64,000 nt of DNA from an uncultured beta proteobacterium (GTDB lineage Bacteria; Pseudomonadota; Gammaproteobacteria; Burkholderiales; SHXO01), in NCBI GenBank assembly GCA_963827575.1, contig CAWHCG010000048.1:124060-188059 (forward strand). Direction: 5' to 3'. Every line of letters begins with the position of its first letter. Position 1 is the first letter of the stretch. A model generated the notes under the pieces. That model made no database searches, was not told the origin of the DNA, and saw nothing but the letters and a program-made list of their open reading frames with translations. Of the stretch, positions 23,997-31,430 are shown in pieces. The position numbers and the translations under genes are program-made.

Positions 23997-26425
23997 CTAT
24001 TGCGAAACCACTTTGATCCCCCACCGATTCAATTTCCCGATATCCACCGCCTCAAGGTCGCTCACCCGCAGCTTCCAATTCCCTTGCGTCGCCTGCCCGC
24101 GAAGGGCCTGAAGCGCCGGGTTGGCAGCGGAGCTGTAGCTTGCGATCAAATTGTCCTGGGTGCCGCCAGCGCGGTTATGCAATGTCACCGCGCTACCGGC
24201 TGGCGATACCAGCGTGACGGTGAGGTCTCCGATGTAGGTGTGCGTAATGTCCAGCGCCACTTCGATGTCCGCGATCGGGGCCGACTGCTCGATCCGCAGG
24301 GTGCGCTCGATGCCGGCGGCTGAGTTGTCGGGAATCACGGTGCCGGGGACTCTTCCGCCTGGATGGGCCCGCCTGCGCGGGTCGAGATTTCCAGCTCCCA
24401 ACGCCTCAGAGTGCCGGCGTCCGCCGCCGCCAGGTCCTGCACCAGCAGGGTCCAGTCCCCGCGCACCGTCTGGCCGGCCAGCGCGGCAAGACCGGCGGTC
24501 GTGGCGTCGAATCCGCGAATCAGGTTGGCGGCATTGCCGCCGTTGCGATCATGCAGGACGACCTGGCTTCCGGACGGCGGGATCAGCGTCACGCGCAGAT
24601 CGCCGATGTAGGTATGCGCGATGTCCACCGCTACTTTGACCGAAGCAATGCTGGCGTTCTCCTCGAAGCGGATAACGTTGCGTATGCCGACCTCGTTATT
24701 GTCCGGGATCGGCAGGCTGGTGGCGGAGCTCTTGCGCAAGACCGGTCCGCTGGTCACTTCTCTTCGGCGCTGCGCCTCGGTAACCGCTGCGAACACGTTG
24801 ATGCGTCCGTATCCGAACCAGTTCGAGTGGCCTTCAGCGTCATAGGTACCGAAGCGATTCCCCAGTTGCCCATCGGGGTCGTTGTCGACGATCTTGTCGG
24901 CAGTCGACTCGAGCACCTGCCGCACCTCGCGTGCCGTCAGCTGCGGATTGGCGGAAATGACCAGCGCGGCGGCCCCGGCGACGGTCGGGCAAGCGCTCGA
25001 AGTACCGCCGAAGTCGCGGGTGTAGTCGGTCGTGGAGTAGCCGCTCGGACCCACCCGATCGGTCGTGACGATGCCGCGTCCGGTCACCGGAACACTCGCC
25101 CGGGGAAAGGTCGATGCGCGCACGTTGTTGCTCGGCGCGCAAACGGAGACCTCCGCGCCCCAGTTGCTGTACGCCGATTTGGTGGCCAGGCTGCTGGAGG
25201 CTGCGACCGCAATCACGTCGGGGTGCGCGGCGAAGCCGTTGAGCCAGGCAGTCGGGCCAGCAGGCTGGTTGTTGGGCCAGCCGCTTTCGTTGACCGTGCC
25301 GTTGATCGGCCGGTTTTCGTTCCCGGCGGCGAACACGAGCACACAGCCCTTTCCACCTCGCCCTACCGTCGCCGCACGGGTCAGGGCCGCACGCATGCGC
25401 AGGCTCAAGCTGAAGGAGCGCGCCGCGGCTGACCAGCTGCACGACAATACCGACGCACCGTGGTCGACGACCCAGTTGCACATATCCTCGATCGCGCCAT
25501 CGTCGATGAAACCGGTGGTGCGGATCGGCATCAGGGCGCAGCCGGGCGCCACGCCCACCACTCCGATCCCGCTCTCCTCGGCGACCGCCACACCGCAACA
25601 CGCGGTGCCGTGGTTGTCGTCCGCCAGCTCCGGCAGCGGACTGAAGTCCTGTCCGGCGAAGTCGCGGGGCGCAACGATCTTTCCCGTGCCCTGGAAGTCG
25701 CTGTGGTTCACATCGCACGAATCGTCCGCCACCGCGACGATCACGGAGCGCTCGCCGCGCGTCAGATCCCAGGCATGCACTGCGTCTATGTGCGCGGCAG
25801 TCGAGAGAAGCGGCCCGCCGGTATTGAACAGATGCCACTGCTCGGGGAACAGCGTGTCCGTGGGCGTGTAGAGGCTCTTGGAAGCGACGGCGAAGTTCGG
25901 TTCGCTGGCGAGCACCTTGTCGCTCTGCGCCAGGCGATTGGCGATCTTGATCGGATTCTCCGTGGCTTCCGGGCCTACCCGAAACACATACATGCGTGAC
26001 GACCCGGGAACTTCCTTGACCAGGGACAGCCCGTGCTCGCGCACCAGCTGCTCGATTTCGCCGTCGGAGGCCTCCGGCCTGAACTGCACCGTGATCTCGT
26101 CGGTGAGATAGAGCTTGGTCTCGGGCTCCTCGGGTCGCGCGTAGACATGTGAGGCGAACTGCGCCTCTTCACCCCTGCGCACCCGTGCCATCACTGCGTC
26201 GCGCTCATTGGAATCCACCGAGAATTCCTCCAGATCCTGCCGGAGCAGCCGCCGCCGATGTCTCGCCGTGTAGCTCGAGGTGATCTTCTGTACGGGCACG
26301 CCCCGTTTCATCCGCACGGTGAACCGGTCTGGAACCTCGACAAGGTCAATCCGCTGCCCGCCGCGCCAAAAGTACTTCCCAATTTCGTCCTTCTCTGCTC
26401 CAGTCGCCACGGCCATTTCGGTCAC
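23997..26425 (-). CDS. Subtilisin-like serine protease (S8) with two tandem C-terminal P-domains (proprotein-convertase type), no signal peptide; one frameshift near 24340-24400
   Basis: VAVADDSCD, DDNHGTACCGVAVA, GTSSACPTVAGAAAL catalytic triad motifs; P-domain 1 VKVAVDIAHTYIGDLRVTLIPPSGSQVVLHDRNGG...GDWTLLVQDLAAADAGTLRRWELEI and paralogous P-domain 2 IEVALDITHTYIGDLTVTLVSPAGSAVTLHNRAGG...GNWKLRVSDLEAVDIGKLNRWGIKV in ORF 23997..24401. Confidence 0.8.
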
Positions 26426-26988
26426 TCCTTGCGCAATTGTTCATTCTGCCCAAAGTCTTGAGCGCTCACGCGAACAGCCTGACACCATCGCACCGGCTGC
26501 CGGCGAGTCCCACGTTTATCCCGCCCACTGTACTCTTCGGGTGGTTACAAGTGGCTTACGGATCCTGCAGTCTCGCCGCCAATTCGACATTGCCTGCCGA
26601 GGCCGAAGCTTCGAATCTCGCGTTGTGTGAGGTTCGGTGATGGGTGTGGATGGGCTCGGGGGTGGCCTGGTAACATATCCGGGCTGGCCCTGCGCTAGCC
26701 CGGCGGAGCATGGTGTCGTTTGACAAAGCGTGACAGGCCATCCAAATGGGAGGAAAGTGGCCTGGAGAGCACCCGGCATCGGGGTGCTCGATCTCAACAA
26801 CAAAGGGGGCCACAGATGCTAATGCACAACCTTCGCCGCCTCTACGACCCGCTGCGGAGCCGCGACGCTCTGATTGCCTGCGCTTTGATCGCGGCTGCCG
26901 TCATGGTATCCATCATTCCGGGACTTCCGTAGCAGCCGCAGGCGCCGTGTTTGTCGCCTTCCGGCAGCAGCTGCGCGCCGATCCAGGG

Positions 26989-27393
26989 TCAGTCGATTCC
27001 CTGCAACCCCAGGCTTGCGGCCTGAGCGCTGCGCTCGGCGTCGCCCGTGCCCAGCGCAAGCGCGGAGCCCGATGGCAGCTGGCGGGCAATAGTCTCGGCG
27101 GCCGCCAGATTCAATGCGCCGAGCACATCGATGAGGCCGGTTTCGGCCAGCTCCGCCGCACGTCGCAGCATTGCGGCATCCGGCGCCACCGCGTGCACAC
27201 CCTGCCAGTCCTGCTCGAAATCGCCCCTGGCTTGCCTGACCACCGTCTCCCGAAGCATGCCGGACGCGACCGCTCGTGCCAGCGCTCCGCGCACTTCCAC
27301 GTAGGTCGCGTCCAGGGCAAAGACGGCTGAGGCCTGCTTCAAGGCACGGCGCAAAGGCCCGGAACCGGGCTCGACGACGTAGAGCTTGATGAA
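26989..27393 (-). CDS. PIN-domain toxin (VapC-like)
   Basis: VILFLDASAFIKLYVVEPGS...; non-ATG start likely; downstream of Phd antitoxin. Confidence 0.65.
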   Translation of the reverse strand, partial: FIKLYVVEPGSGPLRRALKQASAVFALDATYVEVRGALARAVASGMLRETVVRQARGDFEQDWQGVHAVAPDAAMLRRAAELAETGLIDVLGALNLAAAETIARQLPSGSALALGTGDAERSAQAASLGLQGID

Positions 27394-27416
27394 CGCGGAA
27401 GCATCCAGGAACAGGA

Positions 27417-27707
27417 TCACCGCGGCTTGCGGGGGCTGGTCGACAGCAAGTCGCTCACGCGCGCGCCGCCATGCGGCGGACGGGCCGGATTGCGCGATCC
27501 GACCGGCGCGGAGCCGCTGGCCGGCCGAACCCACGACATGGCGGTCAAGCGTTGGAGGGCATCCTGCTCGCTCTCCGGGGCCGAGCTGATCGGAACGAGC
27601 TTTGCGATCGGCCGGTTGTGCAGGGTAACGACGACCTCGCGGCCGCCGGCGGCATGGCGCAAGTACTCGGAAAGCCTGGCTTTGAGGTCACGGATGGATA
27701 CGTGCAT
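27417..27707 (-). CDS. Phd/YefM-family antitoxin
   Basis: MHVSIRDLKARLSEYLRHAAGGREVVVTLHNRPIAKLVPI. Confidence 0.75.
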   Translation of the reverse strand: MHVSIRDLKARLSEYLRHAAGGREVVVTLHNRPIAKLVPISSAPESEQDALQRLTAMSWVRPASGSAPVGSRNPARPPHGGARVSDLLSTSPRKPR

Positions 27708-28084
27708 AGTTCACATTGTAACTACAACTTTTCGGCTGTGACCACAATTTTTCTTGACAGGCCTACGCACGCCTGCCTATGATGCGCGCCGCGATCGAAC
27801 GGATCGCTCGTGTTTCGATTTCAGCAACCAGGTGTCCAGGAAAATGTACTCGCTGCATCCCACCATTCGCGCCCCGCGCCCGCTAGGCCAAGCCATAGCG
27901 GCGGGAACGCGCGCGTTCGGGAAAGGCTCGAGTAGCCAGACCCCATCGCGTTTGCAGCCGACAGCGTTGGCCTGCAATAGCGATCACGCGCGTCCCCAGG
28001 CCGGTTTCGACCGGTCGTGCGGACGACCCGGGCATTCGCGGAGGTTTGTGACCTGAGCGAAGGGTTACATCCAATTTCCCGAAA

Positions 28085-28118
28085 GCCCGGGCTGCACGTG
28101 AAGTGCCCCGGGCTTTTT
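28085..28118 (+). terminator. Hairpin plus T-run (terminator-like) upstream of tRNA-Leu
   Basis: gcccggg N15 cccgggc ttttt. Confidence 0.45.
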
Positions 28119-28236
28119 GTTTGTGCTTGCTCCGGCGCGTGTCCTCGAGACACGCGCTGCGCAGACCCGATGTCTGCGAACTGCTCTTTAACAAGTCGAG
28201 ATTCAGGCTCTCGTTCCAGACGGAACGGGAGCCCGT

Positions 28237-28323
28237 GCGCCGATGGCGAAATCGGCAGACGCAGCAGCTCGAGAGGCTGTCGCCCACCAGGGCGTACAGG
28301 TTCAAGTCCTGTTCGGCGCACCA
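28237..28323 (+). tRNA. tRNA-Leu (anticodon GAG), class II
   Basis: Acceptor GCGCCGA/TCGGCGC, A73, Leu-type D-arm TGGCGAAATCGGCAGACGC, anticodon loop TCGAGAG (C at position 33), long variable arm, T-arm ACAGGTTCAAGTCCTGT. Confidence 0.75.
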
Positions 28324-28630
28324 CATTGAATCTGGTTTGCGCCAATGGTCGTGTGATACGGCGCCAGCAGGAGGGGGCGGTGGGGCCCTCTCCGAAGTGG
28401 CGAACTGCGACTGCGACGATCGAACCCAGCGGAGGCTCCGCCGCACTACGGACCCCGTTCGCTTGCCCGCAACCCTGCTGGCGGGTGGGATAGATCGACG
28501 CGAACCACCGGATCGCGCTTGTCGTTGAGCGCGCGCACCCAACGACGCTTGCGGCCCTCGTCCAGGGGTGAGGTCACTTGGCTTTCAATCAAGTCAGAGG
28601 AGTTCGACTCTCCTACGGTTCGCTGGTTGC

Positions 28631-28707
28631 CGGGGAGTGCCCGAGTGGCCCAAGGGACCTGCCTCTGAAGCAGTGATTCGCTGGTTCGAATCCAGCCTCC
28701 CCTACCA
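28631..28707 (+). tRNA. tRNA-Gln-like (anticodon CTG) with C1-U72 mismatch and A73
   Basis: CGGGGAG...CTCCCCT acceptor, Gln-like D-arm CCCGAGTGGCCCAAGGG, anticodon loop CTCTGAA, T-arm GCTGGTTCGAATCCAGC. Confidence 0.6.
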
Positions 28708-28714
28708 GAGCACT

Positions 28715-28806
28715 GGAGAGTTGGTCGAGCGGCTTAAGACCCCCGCCTGCTAAGCGGGAGCCCTCAAACAGAGGGCGCGTGGGTTCGAATCCCACACTCT
28801 CCGCCA
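28715..28806 (+). tRNA. tRNA-Ser (anticodon GCT)
   Basis: GGAGAGT/ACTCTCC acceptor, G73, anticodon arm CCCGC CTGCTAA GCGGG, long variable arm, T-arm GTGGGTTCGAATCCCAC, encoded CCA. Confidence 0.9.
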
Positions 28807-29177
28807 TATCGGGCAGCGTGATGTCCGTAACGACAACGCCCGCCAGGGCGCCAAAGCGGGAAGTCCTGCACTCCCGCGCCGGCAACGGTCGATTCACGCA
28901 AGCCTCACCCATCCCGCGAGGGAGCGATCGCCGAAAAGAGCGGCGGTCGTAGGGACGCAGCACGCTGCGGACGAGCAACGCACACTCGCTCACCGATACC
29001 GTCGGAATCGGGTGCGCGCAGACGACGGGTGCCGTCCTGCTTGCCGTACCGAGACCTCAGTCCTCAGGGTAAAAGGTAGCTTCCTGGTCCGAGCGTTGCG
29101 CGAGGGCTCGGGGGCAGATCGACAGGTGCGCGCAGCCCGGCTGCCGGCATCTCGAAGATCGGTCAAGTCGTCGCAGG

Positions 29178-29249
29178 TCGGGAATAGCTCAAGGATGAGA
29201 GCGGCAGGCTGCGGCCTGTAGGCTGTGGGATCGACGCCCACTTCCCGGT
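29178..29249 (+). tRNA. tRNA-like, Arg (GCG) anticodon in 6-nt loop, non-canonical T-loop ATCGACG
   Basis: TCGGGAA/TTCCCGG acceptor, D-arm GCTCAAGGATGAGAGC, anticodon arm GCAGG CTGCGG CCTGT; loop would be 7 nt if cc is an undercounted ccc. Confidence 0.45.
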
Positions 29250-29254
29250 CATTC

Positions 29255-29330
29255 GCCGCTGTAGCTGATCAAGTGACAGCGCCTGCCTGAAGCGCAGGAG
29301 AGCCTGGAGCGTTACCAGGCGGCGGCACCA
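29255..29330 (+). tRNA. tRNA-Phe-like (anticodon GAA) with covariant T-loop AGCGTTA and GG-less D-loop
   Basis: GCCGCTG/CGGCGGC acceptor, A73, CCA encoded; anticodon arm CCTGC CTGAAGC GCAGG; T-stem CCTGG/CCAGG. Confidence 0.55.
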
Positions 29331-29335
29331 AGCAC

Positions 29336-29434
29336 GGCTCCGTAGCTTAATGGCAAAGCCGGCGGCTTATACCCGCCCACAGCACTCGCCTGATAAGCGA
29401 GCGATGCAGGTTCGAGCCCTGCCAGGACGCACCA
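29336..29434 (+). tRNA. Chimeric/degenerate tRNA-like element with two anticodon-type hairpins (TAT and GAT) and unpaired acceptor
   Basis: GGCTCCG TA GCTTAATGGCAAAGC then GGCGG CTTATAC CCGCC then CTCGC CTGATAA GCGAG then GCAGGTTCGAGCCCTGC; 3' CAGGACG does not pair with 5' end. Confidence 0.4.
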
Positions 29435-29628
29435 CCGAGACGCCGTCGCACGGTCCAGGTGTGGAGGTGCACAAGGACATCAGAAGCTGGGATGACCTGT
29501 TCTGGTTCCGATTCAAGCACTGCTGCCTGGCCTCGGGCCGATACGACGGTAGCGAGCGGGACGACTTCTTTCAGAGAGTGATCCCGCGCGAGCACATCGT
29601 ACTTCTCCGCTTGCTACACAGTGTCTTG

Positions 29629-29675
29629 CCCCCTCCCCAGCCCTCCCCGCGTCCTGCGGACGCAAGGGAGGGGGT
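29629..29675. repeat. GGGAGGGG-type palindromic (REP-like) element inside tRNA array
   Basis: ccccctcccc agccctcccc gcgtcc tgc ggacgc aagggaggggg. Confidence 0.55.
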
Positions 29676-29715
29676 GCGCGCTGCGTCAAGCGGTCGAGGT
29701 TCACGGAATTCCTCC

Positions 29716-29787
29716 GGGCTCCTGGCCGAGCGGCTAGGCAGCGGACTCTTAATCCGCGCGAGGCAGGTTCGACTCCTGCGGGGCCCA
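29716..29787 (+). tRNA. tRNA-Lys (anticodon CTT)
   Basis: GGGCTCC/GGGGCCC acceptor (one G-U), A73, anticodon arm GCGGA CTCTTAA TCCGC, T-arm GCAGGTTCGACTCCTGC. Confidence 0.75.
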
Positions 29788-29830
29788 CAAGTGTTTGGCC
29801 TCACGTTTTCTGCGAGGGCTCGAATCCAAT

Positions 29831-29907
29831 GGTGGCTGTAGCTCAACGGACAGAGCACCGGGCCGTGAACCCGGGAGATGCCGGTTCGAATCCGGCTGGT
29901 CACCCCA
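29831..29907 (+). tRNA. tRNA-His (anticodon GTG) with G-1 and three G-U pairs in acceptor
   Basis: G-1 GTGGCTG...TGGTCAC C CCA; anticodon arm CCGGG CCGTGAA CCCGG; T-arm GCCGGTTCGAATCCGGC. Confidence 0.75.
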
Positions 29908-29913
29908 AACATC

Positions 29914-29988
29914 CTCCCCGTAGATCAGCGGAAGATCGCGGCGCTACGAACGCCGAGGCCGGGAGTTCGAATCTCTCCGGGGAGGCCA
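29914..29988 (+). tRNA. tRNA-Arg (anticodon ACG)
   Basis: CTCCCCG/CGGGGAG perfect acceptor, G73, CCA encoded; anticodon arm CGGCG CTACGAA CGCCG. Confidence 0.9.
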
Positions 29989-30025
29989 ACCTTCTCTCCA
30001 CGAGCAGGACTCCTTCACGTTCTAC

Positions 30026-30113
30026 TGCCAGGTGGCCGAGAGGCGAAGGCACCGGACTGCAAATCCGGCTGGCGCAAGCCACATCACCGGTTCGACTCCG
30101 GTTCTGGCATCCA
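30026..30113 (+). tRNA. Class-II-shaped (long variable arm, Ser-type D-arm) tRNA with Cys anticodon GCA and U73
   Basis: TGCCAGG/TCTGGCA acceptor, U73, CCA encoded; D-arm GCC GAGAGGCGAA GGC; anticodon arm CCGGA CTGCAAA TCCGG; 17-nt variable arm with 4-bp stem (TGGC GCAA GCCA); T-arm ACCGGTTCGACTCCGGT. Confidence 0.65.
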
Positions 30114-30154
30114 TCAACCCCGGGCTTGCGGCCCATTTGCAGAAGGAGTCGACC

Positions 30155-30718
30155 ATGCAGAGCCCGATCCTGGCATTGGACATCGCCGGCACTCCGCGCA
30201 AGTGGGTCACAGCGCAGACCGCCGTCACCTACTACGCCCGCGGTGTCGTCGGCTATGAGTTCGGCGACAGCACGGCGGAGTTCCGCGGCGGCTGGCAGCG
30301 CTGCGGCAAGCGCTCCCGCATCCGCGTGAGCAGCATCATCGCGGTCCTGGGGCCGGAGTTCGTCGCCGGCGGCTTTGACCGAGCGCCGGTGTTGAGCAAC
30401 GAAAAGCTGTTCGCGCGCGACCGCCGGGTGTGCGCGTACTGCGGCATGCAGTTCCGCGATCGCGACCTGTCGCGCGATCACATCGTCCCGGTTGCCCGCG
30501 GCGGACTCGACACCTGGATGAACCTGGTCACCGCCTGTCACGCGTGCAACGCCCGCAAGGGAAGCCGCCGGCCGGAGGAAGCCGGTATGCGGCTGCAATA
30601 CCTCCCCTACGTGCCATCGCGTTGGGAGGACTTCATCCTGGTCAATCGTCATATCCTGGCGGACCAGATGGAGTACTTGCTGGCCAAGGTGCCCGCGAAC
30701 AGTCGTCTGCGCAATTGA
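30155..30718 (+). CDS. HNH endonuclease embedded in tRNA array
   Basis: RBS gaaggag; ...DHIVPVARGGLDTWMNLVTACHACNARKG... HNH motif; intact 187 aa. Confidence 0.8.
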   Translation: MQSPILALDIAGTPRKWVTAQTAVTYYARGVVGYEFGDSTAEFRGGWQRCGKRSRIRVSSIIAVLGPEFVAGGFDRAPVLSNEKLFARDRRVCAYCGMQFRDRDLSRDHIVPVARGGLDTWMNLVTACHACNARKGSRRPEEAGMRLQYLPYVPSRWEDFILVNRHILADQMEYLLAKVPANSRLRN

Positions 30719-30865
30719 GAGCGCCGGGCTCGGAAGCCCGGTGCTCGTTTCAGAATCTTCCGTCCAGCGGAACTGCAGCGGCGCAGGCTCGAGAGCCCTG
30801 CCCGGTGCGCCGGCCCTTCAGAATCGGGCTGGCGTATGCCGCAGCCCGTGAAGCGGTGGATACCA

Positions 30866-30939
30866 GGTGACCTAGCTCAGCGGTAGAGCGCGGATCTTCC
30901 GATCCGAGGTCGTGGGTTCGATTCCCATGTTCACCTCCA
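30866..30939 (+). tRNA. tRNA-Gly-like (anticodon TCC) with 6-nt anticodon loop and one acceptor mismatch
   Basis: GGTGACC/GTTCACC acceptor, U73, CCA encoded; anticodon region CGGAT CTTCCG ATCCG (7-nt loop CTTCCGA if a homopolymer a is undercounted). Confidence 0.55.
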
Positions 30940-31009
30940 CTCCTTAGCTCAGTGGTAGAGCGATCGGCTGATAACCGATTGGCCGCGGGTTCGACTCCCG
31001 CAGGAAGCC
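30940..31009 (+). tRNA. tRNA-Ile-like (anticodon GAT) with degenerate acceptor; 5' end overlaps CCA of preceding tRNA
   Basis: D-arm GCTCAGTGGTAGAGC, anticodon arm ATCGG CTGATAA CCGAT, T-arm GCGGGTTCGACTCCCGC; only 4 of 7 acceptor pairs. Confidence 0.4.
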
Positions 31010-31430
31010 CTTTCCAAGGGTTTGTTTGCAGTACCCAGGCCGGCCTCACGCGCACTGCGCAGCAGTCTTGCGGTGCGCACCGCCGTGCGAGCAGAGCAGC
31101 ATCAGCGCACCGGCGCGAACGAGCACCAGCCAAACGGTCCAGTCTGCGATGGCGGCCAGCAGCATCGGCCGCGGGAGCAGGCAGACTGCGCGGCGCGGCT
31201 CGGCGGGGCCCATCCTCGATGGGCCTCTCGTCCCGCCTGTGACCGGATGCCTGTCCGTCGTGACGCCGGGAGGCCGGCCTTTCATTACTCGGGTTTGGGG
31301 CGAGCCCGCTTTGACTTCGCCCCGGGTGGTGCGGGACCCCCTGCTACGTCCCGCGAGGGTCGGCGCTTGCCGATTCGACCCCGCCGCGTTTCGGTCGGTG
31401 AACGGTAACGACGCGGCAAGGAGAAAGAAG

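Noticed and set aside
27840-28120. tmRNA or RNase P RNA in the non-coding stretch before tRNA-Leu
   Set aside because: It lacks the tRNA-like 3' end (GGTTCGA...CCACCA) of tmRNA. It lacks the conserved GGAAAGTCCGGGCTCC/AGGGTGAAA boxes of RNase P RNA.
27821-28345. 174-aa ORF beginning MAQTRFNVVRRTGLEPVRP
   Set aside because: The RTGLEPV-type peptide is the classic antisense translation of a tRNA. The locus is tRNA-Leu(GAG) on the plus strand. The same applies to ORFs 28613..28993, 29513..29912, 30022..30228 and 30750..31133, which overlie the tRNA array.
28497-28621. A 125-nt tRNA with intron, suggested by GCGAACC ... GGTTCGC acceptor complementarity
   Set aside because: No D-arm or anticodon arm can be drawn in the intervening sequence. 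The 7-mer match is likely coincidental. Only the 3' T-arm fragment is tRNA-like.
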